Counted from the stretch's first letter, positions 10,299-20,483 are shown. The stretch is 64,000 bases of DNA from an uncultured Desulfospira sp. (GCA_963663165.1 OY760175.1:352001-416000); one strand, 5' to 3'. Numbers and translations are program-made. Notes: generated from the sequence alone by a model not told the origin.

Positions 10299-10426
10299 CT
10301 CCGGCGATACATTCCAACGACCGGGGACAAATTACCGGGCAGGTTGCAGCATTCCATTTTTTAGGAAAAGCAATGGCCTTCAAAAAGCAGTTAGTCCTCC
10401 GGATCGGCTGGAGCGTTTTGCCGGGC
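10299..10426 (-). repeat. Degenerate attC-like element downstream of the DUF2442 gene (copy A)
   Basis: Shares CTCCAGCCGA.CCGG, CTTTTTGAA and AATTTGTCCCCGGTCG blocks, in order, with the element at 35937-36063. Confidence 0.5.
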
Positions 10427-10720
10427 TGATCGTTTAGCCATCCATTTTTTTAGTGATGAATTGCTTTCACCAGATGCTTTACCGGCCAACAGGCCCTCAA
10501 TACTAATATCTTCATCAATATCTTCCCAGTGTATGCCTTCACCCCGGCCGATGATACGCCAGTTATTCCGTTCTTCCTGATTAGCGCATACCAACCTCGG
10601 AAACCAGGCCAATGGTGCTGAAATACTGCGACCATCGCTTAAATCAATATTTAATAGCTCCGATGTTACGAGAACATCTTGTGCGTATGGTACCTCTATT
10701 TCAATTGTTAAAGTACTCAT
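10391..10720 (-). CDS. DUF2442 domain protein (putative TA component)
   Basis: LSDGRSISAPLAWFPRL...GIHWEDIDEDISIEGLL signature. Confidence 0.85.
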   Translation of the reverse strand: MSTLTIEIEVPYAQDVLVTSELLNIDLSDGRSISAPLAWFPRLVCANQEERNNWRIIGRGEGIHWEDIDEDISIEGLLAGKASGESNSSLKKWMAKRSARQNAPADPED

Positions 10721-10860
10721 TCCAAGCCTCTACAATTTGTTCTTCATTGTCCTGAATCTTTTTTTGAAGATCATTAATTTCTTTTGCTCTAAAGCCACCA
10801 CTCTTATGAAGTCTTACCGGATCAAGCCAGAATTTTGCAACTTTGTCCTCTTTTTCAATT
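10701..10860 (-). pseudogene. 5'-truncated DUF4160 gene (usual partner of DUF2442)
   Basis: Manual translation IEKEDKVAKFWLDPVRLHKSGGFRAKEINDLQKKIQDNEEQIVEAWNEYFNN*; in-frame stop upstream and no start; N-terminal PPHxH part missing. Confidence 0.7.
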
Positions 10861-10934
10861 TGTTGTTTTATATTAATTTTTATACGTTAAGTTTGCAACA
10901 AATAGTGTGCCAATGAGATTCGGGAACGAAACAG

Positions 10935-11723
10935 CTATCGGCTGTCCCCCACGATGCCGGAAATAAACTCTCCCATCACGGTGACCACTGCCTGTTTTTT
11001 TTCCAGATGGGGGATATGGCCGCAGTCTTCAATAATCTCCATGCAGCCGTTTGGGGCTTTGGTTGCCATGCTGGAAAGCTGGGCCAGGGTGGCCGTGGGG
11101 TCCTGGCGGCCCTGGACTGCCAGGAAGGGCACCGTTATATGTTTGAGATATTTTTCAATATTCCAAAAGTTAAAGCGGGGGTCAAGCCAGGTTTTGTTCC
11201 ATCCAAAGAAAGCCGTGTCCGTGTTGGTCCCGTGGTACCGTTCCAGTTTCTGTTTGAGGTCGGTTTCCAGATAGGCTTTTCGGGCCTCTTTGAGAAAGGC
11301 TGTGGTGACCGGTTCGCAATACAAGTGGGCCGCCTCGGTGATCAGTCCTGTAAGATGGGCGGCGTGGGGGCTTCCTGCGTAAATAATGCCGATGGAACCG
11401 CCGTCTGAATGGCCCATGATGATATGGTCCCTGATTCGGGCGGCAGACAATACCTTGGGCAGCACCTTCAGGGCTTCTTTGTGAAGATAGGTTTTTTTTC
11501 GGGGAAGGGGGCAGGGATCGGAATGCCCGTAGCCGGCCCGGGTATACATGAACCCGGTTAACTGGGTTTGCCTGCAAAGCATTTCAGGAAAATCCTTCCA
11601 AAGATCAATGCAGCCCAGGCCCTCATGAAGAAACACCAGCACCGGGGCATCAGGTGTTCTATAAGTTTCTTCAATCCACTGATACTCCAGCTGCTGGCCG
11701 TCTATTTCAAGAAAAGACCTCAT
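10935..11723 (-). CDS. Alpha/beta fold hydrolase
   Basis: FLHEGLG, GHSDGGSI, CGHIPH. Confidence 0.9.
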   Translation of the reverse strand: MRSFLEIDGQQLEYQWIEETYRTPDAPVLVFLHEGLGCIDLWKDFPEMLCRQTQLTGFMYTRAGYGHSDPCPLPRKKTYLHKEALKVLPKVLSAARIRDHIIMGHSDGGSIGIIYAGSPHAAHLTGLITEAAHLYCEPVTTAFLKEARKAYLETDLKQKLERYHGTNTDTAFFGWNKTWLDPRFNFWNIEKYLKHITVPFLAVQGRQDPTATLAQLSSMATKAPNGCMEIIEDCGHIPHLEKKQAVVTVMGEFISGIVGDSR

Positions 11724-11738
11724 GGGTTCATCCTTGCC

Positions 11739-12275
11739 CTATTTGCCGGCCCTTTTTTTAAGGGTCTCATAGGCGGTTTGGATTTCCAAAAATTTTTCAT
11801 TGGCCAGGTGGGCAAATTCTTTTCCAAGATGCTGGACCTTGTCCGGATGGTATTTTTTAATGTTTTCCTTATACGCGGCATGGATCTGTTCCCAGGACGC
11901 ATCCGGCCCAAGCCCTAAAATGTCGTGGGGGGATTTGGGCTGTTCGGCCCGGTCCTGCTGCCGGGAGTTGGTTTCAGATGTGGATGTTCCGGACGCCCGG
12001 GAACGGTTTTGTTTGGGGCCGCTGCCGTTCGGGGTGCCGGTAAAGCGCTTGCCGCCTTGCCCGGCCGGACCCGGTGATTTTCCCGGGACCCCTCTTTTTT
12101 TAAACAAAAACCAGGGCATCTGCCCGTACCGGATCAGGTAATAAACCGTCCAGAGAACCAGGCCGTCATCCAACCAGCCCAGGTACGGGACCAGGATATC
12201 GGGAATGATATCCACCGGGGAAATCAGGTAGGCCAGACCAAAAAGGATCAGGGCAAATTTGACATAGGCATTCAT
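11739..12275 (-). CDS. DUF1232 (YkvA) + C-terminal DnaJ domain protein
   Basis: YLISPVDIIPD..LGWLDD N-terminus; J-domain with YHPDK. Confidence 0.85.
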   Translation of the reverse strand: MNAYVKFALILFGLAYLISPVDIIPDILVPYLGWLDDGLVLWTVYYLIRYGQMPWFLFKKRGVPGKSPGPAGQGGKRFTGTPNGSGPKQNRSRASGTSTSETNSRQQDRAEQPKSPHDILGLGPDASWEQIHAAYKENIKKYHPDKVQHLGKEFAHLANEKFLEIQTAYETLKKRAGK

Positions 12276-12286
12276 CAGAAAAAGGC

Positions 12287-13120
12287 TTATGCGGTTTTTA
12301 ACACGTCAATCATGGTGAATAACATCTGGCCGCTGTTGTGTTGTGATCGTTTGCGGTCCAGAAAAACCACGGCATCAAGGGTGCCTGAGATATAAATGTC
12401 CCGGCCGTTGATGTTGTGTTTAAACTCAAATTTGACGGTGTTGTCCGGAGAGGTCAGGGTATAGGTATGCCACCCGTGGCCGGACAGATATGCTTTGGGG
12501 ATCTGCCATTCTTTTTCCTGGATTTCAGGGTCCCTGATCTGTTCAATGTCGTCGACACTGAAGTTGGCCCCCAACTGGTTGAAGTACCCGACCATGGCCT
12601 TGGCTGTCCCCGAGGTGTCGGCCTTTCCCTGCTGGTGGCTTTCGGTTACCTTAAGGGTATACCCGTCAAACAGGCCGGGAAAGGTGGTGGCCGCAAATTC
12701 CATCATGGCCTGGAATCCCACGATCTGTTTGGCCATGTTGGGTGCAATTACAGCAGGGGTCTGCCCGTTTTTTACCGTATTCTCAAGATCATCCCTGTCC
12801 CCGCCCGTGGTGCCCATGACAAAGGGGATGTGATGTTCAACGTAAAACTTTGCATTGGCATTGACCGCTGTGGGGTGGGTGTAATCAATGGCCATAAAAT
12901 CGGTGAACCGGGTTTTGATCTCATGGATCGTCTGGGCTCTGTCCTCAGGCCGGACCAGGGCCACATCCGTCCCGGCAACAGCAAAAGAGGCATCCTGGAT
13001 TTCAGGCCCGGTCAGGGAATAGGGAACCAGTTCAAACCGCTCATCTTTCATGGCGGCTTCAGCTATGGTTCTGGCCACATTCCCGGGCAAACCATTGATC
13101 ATAATCTTAATTTTTTTCAT
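12287..13120 (-). CDS. dapB: 4-hydroxy-tetrahydrodipicolinate reductase
   Basis: IDYTHP, VMGTTG, APNM, ESHQQGKADTSGTA. Confidence 0.9.
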   Translation of the reverse strand: MKKIKIMINGLPGNVARTIAEAAMKDERFELVPYSLTGPEIQDASFAVAGTDVALVRPEDRAQTIHEIKTRFTDFMAIDYTHPTAVNANAKFYVEHHIPFVMGTTGGDRDDLENTVKNGQTPAVIAPNMAKQIVGFQAMMEFAATTFPGLFDGYTLKVTESHQQGKADTSGTAKAMVGYFNQLGANFSVDDIEQIRDPEIQEKEWQIPKAYLSGHGWHTYTLTSPDNTVKFEFKHNINGRDIYISGTLDAVVFLDRKRSQHNSGQMLFTMIDVLKTA

Positions 13121-13145
13121 ATCGTGTCTCTATCCTGGTTTTAAT

Positions 13146-13231
13146 TTGGACTTGGGGCTTGGGGTATGGGTTATGGGGTTTTTAACGCAAATCCAAAGTC
13201 CCAAGTCCCATAACCCAAGTCCCATAACCCA
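13146..13231. repeat. Heptamer-period inverted repeat (GGGACTT family)
   Basis: ttggacttggggcttggggtatggg ... cccaagtcccataacccaagtcccataaccca. Confidence 0.7.
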
Positions 13232-13322
13232 TTTACATGAAAGTCTCATTAACAAGCCGAAAAGACTTTCATTTTTCGTTGTGGACGGTGCTTGGTTGGA
13301 TAATCCAAGCCGTCCGTGACGG

Positions 13323-15032
13323 TTATAAGGATTTAACAAATGGGGCCAGTTTCTCAAATTCACGGCCCCGGGGTCGGTCAAAAAAGGCTTTCAGCTCATT
13401 GAGGGCATGGGGAATATAGGCTTCAAACCCTATCTTTCCCTTAACCCGGCTTAAAAATCCAAAGGCCCCCAGGATCTGAAAATTTCTGGCCAGCCGGCAA
13501 AAGGCATAGGATTCAGAAAACGGTTCTTTTTGCCGGGAACCTGTAATGCCAATGGCCTTGACCGCATAGGCCAGAAGATCCTGCTGGACATCTTCGGGCA
13601 GTTTAACATAAGGGTCAATCAAAAGGGAAGCCAGATCATACTGGATGGGGCCGATCCTTGCCGACTGAAAGTCAATAAAATAAATATGCTGGTGTTGAAC
13701 CATGATATTCCTGGACTGCATGTCCCGGTGCATCAGTCCGGTGTGCCCGTGTGCCAGGGCCAGGTCGGCGATCCGGCCAAACTCATCCTCAAAGGTCTCA
13801 AATTCACATGCCGCATGAAGGTAATTTTTAGCAAAAGCGTCTATAAAGTAGCGGCATTCTTTTTCCAGGATCAGTTCCTTGGAATAGGTTTGGGTCTGGC
13901 AGGTCCAGGACGGGTCAAACCCTTTAATCCCTTCCCGGGAAAAAACAACCATCCGGTCAATGACCTGCCGATACAGGCGGATCAGGCCGTCCCGGTCCTG
14001 TTGGGAAACCAGGTCGCAAAGGTGGGTGTTCCCAAGGTCTTCTAAAGCCACCATGCCGGACAGTTCGTCATGGGCGAGAATCCGGGGGGTTGCCATGCCT
14101 TTGGTGGAAAGATGGGTGCCAATCTTAACAAAGGCCCGGAGCTGATCAAGGGGGGCACTGGAAAATTGCTCATGGTCCGGGCAGATGCCATGGTCACTGA
14201 TCACCGTGGATCGAATGTCCGTATCATTTCTGGTCGGCACCGAAGCGGGAAGTTCGGCCCGGTACCATTTCCGGTCTGATCCGTCCCCGTCCAGAAGGGT
14301 GATGTCTAAATCAGCAAGCCCTGTGGCCTCAAGCGTTTCCGGGCAGAACCCGAATGCTTTGGCCGCCGTCCACCGCCGGGCGGTTTCCTGGTAAGCGGGG
14401 ACGGTCCCGATATCCGCCCAGAAAAACGAGGGGGGCAAATAAGCCTTAACCGCCCCCTGGCCGGTTAAAGAGCGGTAAACGTCAATGGATGAAAATTTTT
14501 CTTTATCCGGGAAAAACTTGAAAATTTGAGGGGACAGGACCTGGATCCCGGTAAAGGCAAGTCCGGTTTTGGGGGTATCAAAATCAAGAATCACACCGTT
14601 GTCAGCCACCCTGATTTTATTAAACGGTTCATAATGGTGAAGGGCCAGGGTGGCGAAAGCGCTTGAAGTCACATGGGCCCGGTAAAGGCCTTTCAGGTCA
14701 AGATCCGATACAATATCCGAGTTGACCACAAAAAAAGGGGCATCATCCAGAAAAGACCGGATATTGGCAATGGCACCGCCGGTATCCAGAATCCGGGGCT
14801 CATGAACCAGCTGTATCCGGGCATCGGTTTTCAGATCATTAACAAAGGCCGCCACCTGGTCATGGAGGTGATGGGTGTTGATCAGAATATGGCCGCATCC
14901 GGCCCGGGCCAGCTTTTGGATATTGAGTTCCAGCAGTGTCTGGTTGCCCAGGGTGAACAAAGGCTTGGGCAGGACCTTTGTATAGGGCATCAGCCTTGTC
15001 CCGAATCCTGCGGCAAGAATCAGTGCTTTCAT
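13323..15032 (-). CDS. Nucleotidyltransferase + aminoglycoside/choline-kinase-like phosphotransferase fusion (MurU-AmgK-like)
   Basis: N-terminal LAAGFGTRL..PKPL; C-terminal GDGSDRKWYR, EDLG, HRDMQSRN, IDFQ. Confidence 0.85.
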   Translation of the reverse strand: MKALILAAGFGTRLMPYTKVLPKPLFTLGNQTLLELNIQKLARAGCGHILINTHHLHDQVAAFVNDLKTDARIQLVHEPRILDTGGAIANIRSFLDDAPFFVVNSDIVSDLDLKGLYRAHVTSSAFATLALHHYEPFNKIRVADNGVILDFDTPKTGLAFTGIQVLSPQIFKFFPDKEKFSSIDVYRSLTGQGAVKAYLPPSFFWADIGTVPAYQETARRWTAAKAFGFCPETLEATGLADLDITLLDGDGSDRKWYRAELPASVPTRNDTDIRSTVISDHGICPDHEQFSSAPLDQLRAFVKIGTHLSTKGMATPRILAHDELSGMVALEDLGNTHLCDLVSQQDRDGLIRLYRQVIDRMVVFSREGIKGFDPSWTCQTQTYSKELILEKECRYFIDAFAKNYLHAACEFETFEDEFGRIADLALAHGHTGLMHRDMQSRNIMVQHQHIYFIDFQSARIGPIQYDLASLLIDPYVKLPEDVQQDLLAYAVKAIGITGSRQKEPFSESYAFCRLARNFQILGAFGFLSRVKGKIGFEAYIPHALNELKAFFDRPRGREFEKLAPFVKSL

Positions 15033-15131
15033 AAATTAGCGTTTAGCCTTTAGCGGTTAGCTCTTAGCTGACAGGGGTTAGCGGTTTTTCCTTTCCAGTC
15101 TCCGGTTTCCAGCCCCCGGTCTCCCTTTCCT

Positions 15132-17777
15132 TTATGACATAATCAACCGGATCAGCCGCCCAATGATCTCTTTATAATGATCGATCCGGACCGCATCTTC
15201 CATGCTTTGGATGCCATGGGCCGTAAAAAATTTGGTTGCGTTCCGGTAGTTGATCAGGGACAGGGATTCCTTAAAAGAAATCTGGTTTTTCTTGTAAAGC
15301 CGGCTGCCAAGGGAGAGGATTTTCTTATCCCGTTCCTTGACATCGGATTTAGACGGTTTTTCTTTCTCAAAGTAAAGCAGGGATGTCTGGTAGGATTCCA
15401 GGAAGGGCAGCATAAAGGCGGCAAACCATTTGAGCTGCCGCCGTCCCATGGAGGTCAGGTTGAACAGGTCGGGCCGGTAGGCGTCCGGCACCAGGATGCC
15501 CTGGCTGACAAAGCCTTTGATGCTCGTGGAAATCATCTCTTCACAGGTGGTCTCCTCATCAAAAGAGAACTCGTCCGTAAACATGGTTTCCAGGAAATGG
15601 ACCCGGGGAACCAGGTCGGTCAGGGCGAATTTAAACCGGTCGATTTCCAGGATGGCCACGGCCGTGTAGGCACTGGGCACAAAAAAGGAAATCACCGAAT
15701 TCTTATAATAGTCCAGAATGGCCCGTTTGTTGTTTTTGACAATAAAGTTGGTGGAATCGGTCAGTTCATCTTCATCTTCATCGGCCAGTTCAATAAAGTT
15801 TCTGGAAATAAAGGTATGGATCACCGTATTCAGGGTATTGTCCGGATCTAAAATCAGGGTGTCGGACAGCTCGGCTTCCTGAAAGGTGAGAAGGTTCATG
15901 AAGGTGGTGACCCGCTCAAAGATCTGCTGCTTTGAAATGGTGTTGCCCGGGGTGGTTAAAATCCCTGCGGCAATGATGCCGTGGGGCGTGACCACGGCAT
16001 TCTGGTTGATCCGGTCAATGAGTTTGTATCCGAGCCGTTTGGCAAAATCCAGCATCTCCCGGTCCGTGGCATGGGACAGGTCAATGTGTTTTTCCTGAAG
16101 ATACCCTTTCAGGGACATGGGCTCGTCAAACCGGATATAGACCTTGCCGTATTTCTTTTTAAGGAATTTGCGGGTGGAAATAAGGCCTTTAAGATTCTCC
16201 GGGTTTTTCTTGCCGCCTTCGATCTCCTTTAAATAGGCATCCTCTTCCAGCACCCGGTCGTATCCCACAAACACCGGAACAAAAAACAGGTTGTCACAGG
16301 CCCCGTTCAGGCAGGCCTTGACAATCATGGCAAGGCCGCCGGGCCGGGGGGACAGCAGCTTGCCGGTCCGGCTCCGTCCGCCTTCAATGAAGATTTTAAT
16401 GTTAAACCCTTCAAACAACAGCTTTTCAAGGTAAGCCTCAAATATTTTGGCATACAAAGGGGCCCCCTGGAAGGTCCGCCGAAGGAAAAATGCGCCGCCC
16501 CCTCTGAAAATCGGCCCTAACGGCCAGAACGACAGATTCCGGCCCGCCGCAATATGGGGACAGGGCATGTTGTTCCGGTGCATGACATAGGGCAGCAGCA
16601 GGTAGTCTAAGTGGCTTTTATGGCAGGGGACCAGGATCAGGGGGGCTTCGGTATAGGTTTCCCTCATCCGCTGGATCTCGGAATGGTTGACCATGACCCC
16701 TTCAAAGATGTTGTTGAACACCCAGGTCAGCATCCAGTTAAGAAAGTTGATCACCCGCATGTTATAGTTGGCGGCTATTTCATTGATATAGGATGCGGCC
16801 TTTTTATTGGTTTTTTGCAGGCTGATGTTATTTTCAGCCGCATAATCGGCCAGAAATTCCCGCAGGGATTTGCGGGTTAAAATATCCTCGGTGATTTCCT
16901 GGCGGGATTTCAAATGGGGGCCGGTGATGCTTCGCCGCTGCCGGTTGAGGATGTCCACCAGATGGCTTCTTAACCGGTGGGCCTGAAATTCCGAGTCCAG
17001 CTGGTCGATCTCGGGCCGGTTGATAAAATCCTTGAGGTTAACGGGATTGGCAATCACCACCCTGATTTTTTCAGGATGCCGGACAAGGGTCAGCAGCCGT
17101 TTGATCCGGCCGGGTTTTTCATGGGTGCCGAAAAGGATATCGGCAAGCCCCGGGTTCTTGTGCATGGGCTTGGTAATATAGATGATATCTTCGGGCACAA
17201 TCACAATGGCTTTTTCAAGTTGCTTTTGAAGCTCGATGAGGTGGTGAAGGGGGTCGGGGGTGGATTTGATAAACCGGTTGTAAAAGTCGTCTTCTTCAAT
17301 CAGACAGACAAAACCGGTCCGGCCGCTTAACATGTCGTGTTCGGCCTGGCCCGAGGTGTAGATATCCCTGAAACGAAAATGGTGGAAAAAATAATCCACA
17401 TGGCAGACAAATATCTTAAGCAGCCGTTTTAAGGGCTGAAGAAAAATAAAAGAATAGTCAAACCCCAGTTCCGGAAACGGCAGGTCCTGTTTTTTTAAAC
17501 TGGTATGGTAATATAAAAAATCAAAGGCCCGCTTGTTTTTGCTCGCGTACACCACAAAGCAATCCGGGTTTATTTTTTTAATTTTCTCAAGGTTGTGTTC
17601 GTCAATGGTGACTTTTCTGGAAAAATAGTTAAAAACCGTTCGAATAATCAGGCTGGTATTGCCGGGGTAAAGGCTTCCATGGTATCCGTGGTCGTCTCCA
17701 AGAATACAGTCGATACACCGGCGGACCCGGGATCTGGTATCAGCGGCAAACCGTTTAAACGGGGTGAACAGGCTCAT
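15132..17777 (-). CDS. plsB: Glycerol-3-phosphate O-acyltransferase
   Basis: HKSHLDY (HxxxxD), GAFFLRR, FIEGGRSRTG. Confidence 0.88.
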   Translation of the reverse strand: MSLFTPFKRFAADTRSRVRRCIDCILGDDHGYHGSLYPGNTSLIIRTVFNYFSRKVTIDEHNLEKIKKINPDCFVVYASKNKRAFDFLYYHTSLKKQDLPFPELGFDYSFIFLQPLKRLLKIFVCHVDYFFHHFRFRDIYTSGQAEHDMLSGRTGFVCLIEEDDFYNRFIKSTPDPLHHLIELQKQLEKAIVIVPEDIIYITKPMHKNPGLADILFGTHEKPGRIKRLLTLVRHPEKIRVVIANPVNLKDFINRPEIDQLDSEFQAHRLRSHLVDILNRQRRSITGPHLKSRQEITEDILTRKSLREFLADYAAENNISLQKTNKKAASYINEIAANYNMRVINFLNWMLTWVFNNIFEGVMVNHSEIQRMRETYTEAPLILVPCHKSHLDYLLLPYVMHRNNMPCPHIAAGRNLSFWPLGPIFRGGGAFFLRRTFQGAPLYAKIFEAYLEKLLFEGFNIKIFIEGGRSRTGKLLSPRPGGLAMIVKACLNGACDNLFFVPVFVGYDRVLEEDAYLKEIEGGKKNPENLKGLISTRKFLKKKYGKVYIRFDEPMSLKGYLQEKHIDLSHATDREMLDFAKRLGYKLIDRINQNAVVTPHGIIAAGILTTPGNTISKQQIFERVTTFMNLLTFQEAELSDTLILDPDNTLNTVIHTFISRNFIELADEDEDELTDSTNFIVKNNKRAILDYYKNSVISFFVPSAYTAVAILEIDRFKFALTDLVPRVHFLETMFTDEFSFDEETTCEEMISTSIKGFVSQGILVPDAYRPDLFNLTSMGRRQLKWFAAFMLPFLESYQTSLLYFEKEKPSKSDVKERDKKILSLGSRLYKKNQISFKESLSLINYRNATKFFTAHGIQSMEDAVRIDHYKEIIGRLIRLIMS

Positions 17778-18129
17778 GAACGTTTCCTTGCATCTGGTCC
17801 CTGTAATGGCTTTTAAATTTAGGAATTTCCTATCAGCAATGTCAGGGGCAAACAGGGGTAATAAAGCCCCTATTCATTATCAGAGACCGGTTCTGATAGC
17901 AACAGGAAACAAGTGGCAGGAAACAAGAAACAAGCGGCCGGAAACCGAAGGCTCAACGGATGGGACGGCAGGCAAATGGCCTGCGGGAAGGCTTGGCAAA
18001 GTGCAGAAAAACGCCTTGATTAAATAAATGGTCTGTGGTAATTGTTTCAATCTATGAATAATCATTTTCGGTTCAAAAAAAAATTATTGAGTATTTAAGA
18101 GGTAAATTAAGCTTAAGGAGGATCTATTT

Positions 18130-18387
18130 ATGAAAACTTTAATTGGTGGTGCAATCGCAGTTCTTCTCGGTGTTGTGGGTCTGGCAGTCTGGTTTAATGA
18201 GTTTTTGATGATTCTTGCGGGATGCATTCCACCGATGCTTCTTTTGGGCGGCGGCCTTGCCCTTTATCTCGGGTTTGATGAACTTAAGGATTCCTGGAAG
18301 ACCGAAGAAGGCGCGGATGCTCCTGCAGGAGATGACAAAGCCAGAATTGCCGAGCTGGAAAAAGAACTCGAAGACCTTAAAAAATAA
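18130..18387 (+). CDS. Small membrane protein, hypothetical
   Basis: Strong RBS AAGGAG, two TM helices, acidic/coiled tail. Confidence 0.8.
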   Translation: MKTLIGGAIAVLLGVVGLAVWFNEFLMILAGCIPPMLLLGGGLALYLGFDELKDSWKTEEGADAPAGDDKARIAELEKELEDLKK

Positions 18388-18430
18388 GTTTTCCGTAAGC
18401 ACAACTTAGCGCGGATACTTTTCGATATGG

Positions 18431-18454
18431 GGCCGGCCCTTTGGCCGGCTTTTA
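18431..18454 (+). terminator. Probable intrinsic terminator
   Basis: gccggcc-cttt-ggccggc hairpin followed by tttt. Confidence 0.5.
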
Positions 18455-18527
18455 TATTTAGGCTGAAGACTGAAGGCGGTTAGGCTGAAGGGCATGTAAC
18501 CCCCTTCAGTCTTCAGTCTATCCCCCT

Positions 18528-19205
18528 TCAGCCTTTTTTTATGGCCGACGTGGCCAGATAATCCGCCACTTCATTCTCTTTTATCCCGGCATGGCCTTTG
18601 ACCTTGATGAATTTCAGGTCCCGGAACCGGGTCATCAGCTGTTTGATCTCTTCTACCAGGTCCTGGTTTTTTTTGGGTTTCCAGCCCTTGCTTAAAAGTC
18701 CGAGGGAATAACTTGAGTCTGTAAAGATTCTGACGGGCAGATCAGTCCGTTTCAGGTGTTCAAGGGCGGCTTTGATGGCGGTCAACTCCGCCACGTTGTT
18801 GGTGGCCCGTCCAATGCTTCTGGAAATTTCCTTTTTATGATCCTTGTACATCAACAGAACGCCGATGCCTGCAGGGCCGGGGTTCCCCGAAGATGCCCCG
18901 TCCGTATAAATTCGGATACAGTTTTCCGGCAGGTCAGCTTCCCGGGATTGGCTTTCAGATTTCCCCGGGGCTTTCCCGGCGGTTTTTTTTGTTGTCCCGC
19001 CTTTTTTCCGGGCCGGGACCGCCTCGTCTTCAGGCCTTAAATTTTCCAGTTTGACCTGGTATTCATAGTCCTGCTTTAGGTTGTATTTGATTTGCACTTT
19101 TCCGTTAACGGCCAGGGGCTTGCCGTCAGGGTCCGCCGGCACCCAGACCTTATTGCCTTTGAAACTTTTCCGGATCCAGGATGGATGATCAGGCGGACTA
19201 GTCAT
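18528..19205 (-). CDS. rnhA: Ribonuclease HI with N-terminal extension
   Basis: YTDGASSGNPGPAG, TNNVAEL, TDSSY, VKGHAG..ENEVADYLA; start placed at ATG 19205, overlapping the upstream stop. Confidence 0.9.
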   Translation of the reverse strand: MTSPPDHPSWIRKSFKGNKVWVPADPDGKPLAVNGKVQIKYNLKQDYEYQVKLENLRPEDEAVPARKKGGTTKKTAGKAPGKSESQSREADLPENCIRIYTDGASSGNPGPAGIGVLLMYKDHKKEISRSIGRATNNVAELTAIKAALEHLKRTDLPVRIFTDSSYSLGLLSKGWKPKKNQDLVEEIKQLMTRFRDLKFIKVKGHAGIKENEVADYLATSAIKKG

Positions 19206-20373
19206 AAAGGTAATACTCCCTTGACCGGGCTTTAAAGTCTTCAAGTTCCGGCTGCCAGTTTTCCCGGACAAGTTCAAGGTCTTCAAAGGCCTCAATTTTA
19301 TGTCTTAAATCCCGGCTGCCCAGGATCAGGTCAATGGGCATGCGCTTAAATTCATACTCATAGGGCGGCGGTTTAAATTCAAAGTCTTTTCCATGGTGCT
19401 TCATGATCAGCTGCATGAGGACCAGGGAGGTAAAATAAGGCTCAAACAGGTCCGGATCTGTGACATGAATGTGAAATCCGTGGCAAGCCTGGTCGTGCCA
19501 CTTTCCGGACGTGGGCTCAAACACCACCGGGCGCAGATGCACCCCTTTGAGTAACCCGGCGGCTTCCCTGGCCATGGCCCCTGAATCTAAAAACGGTGCC
19601 CCGAACTGTTCAAAGGGCAGGGTGGTCCCCCGGCCTTCTGAGATATTGGTCCCTTCAAAAATCACCTGCCCGGGGTAGACCAGGCAGGACCCGGGCGTGG
19701 GCAGGTTGGGTGAAGGGGGAACAAAGGCAAGCCCGGTATCCAAAAAAGCCATCTGTCTTTTCCACCCTTTAAGGGGGATCACGGCAAGGTCGCAGCCCAT
19801 GTTAAATTCACGATTGAAAAATAAGGAAATTTCCCCCACGGTCATCCCGTGGCGCATGGGAATGGGAAACCGTCCTACAAAGGAGGCATAATCCGGCTCC
19901 AGGACATTGCCTTCCACCTTTTGGCCCCCCACGGGATTGGGGCGGTCCAGGATCACCACCTGTTTTCCCATGGCCGCCGCGGTTTCAAGACAATAGGAAA
20001 TGGTGTAAATAAAGGTATATACCCGGGTGCCCACATCCTGGATATCAATCACAAGGACATCTATCTGATCAAACATCTGCCTTGACGGAATCCGGGTTTC
20101 ACTGTACAGGCTGAAGACAGGGATGTTCAGTTCCGGGTCCAGGGTATGGCCCGACTCGATCATGTTGTCCTGCTTCTGGGCGTAAAAACCGTGCTGGGGG
20201 GAAAACAGGGCCGTCAGCTGCCCAGGGAAAATCTCGTTAATCACCCGGGAGGCATGGGCAAAGGCATTGTCTACAGAGGCCGGATTGGCCAAAAGCCCGA
20301 GCCGTTTTCCCTTAAGGTTCTGGGGGATGTTTTGTTTGAGGGCTTCAAGCCCTGTCATGACCGTTGGTTTCAT
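19198..20373 (-). CDS. DUF1343 / exo-beta-N-acetylmuramidase NamZ family
   Basis: LFSPQHG, DIQDVGTRVYTF, LDRPNP, PPSPNLP, SEGRGTT. Confidence 0.88.
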   Translation of the reverse strand: MKPTVMTGLEALKQNIPQNLKGKRLGLLANPASVDNAFAHASRVINEIFPGQLTALFSPQHGFYAQKQDNMIESGHTLDPELNIPVFSLYSETRIPSRQMFDQIDVLVIDIQDVGTRVYTFIYTISYCLETAAAMGKQVVILDRPNPVGGQKVEGNVLEPDYASFVGRFPIPMRHGMTVGEISLFFNREFNMGCDLAVIPLKGWKRQMAFLDTGLAFVPPSPNLPTPGSCLVYPGQVIFEGTNISEGRGTTLPFEQFGAPFLDSGAMAREAAGLLKGVHLRPVVFEPTSGKWHDQACHGFHIHVTDPDLFEPYFTSLVLMQLIMKHHGKDFEFKPPPYEYEFKRMPIDLILGSRDLRHKIEAFEDLELVRENWQPELEDFKARSREYYLYD

Positions 20374-20405
20374 GGCATTGGCCGGCAGTTGGTTGTTGAT
20401 GATTT

Positions 20406-20483
20406 TTAGCTGTTAGCTTTTAGCCTTTAGTGGTTTTAGTCCTTTGGCTAACAGCTAACAGCTAACAGCTTAAGGCTAAAAGC
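20406..20483. repeat. Heptamer-period inverted repeat (AGCTAAC/GTTAGCT family)
   Basis: ttagctgttagcttttagcc ... ggctaacagctaacagctaacagct; related copies at about 15037, 28315, 29622, 30357. Confidence 0.7.

Noticed and set aside
10898..10914. Sigma54-like motif TTGGCACACTATTTGT on the - strand
   Set aside because: The -12 element is imperfect and it precedes only a truncated gene
12416..13144. Long antisense ORFs (e.g. 242 aa here, 7564-8220, 15177-15851, 50157-50789)
   Set aside because: Shadow frames opposite well-supported genes, with no recognisable motifs
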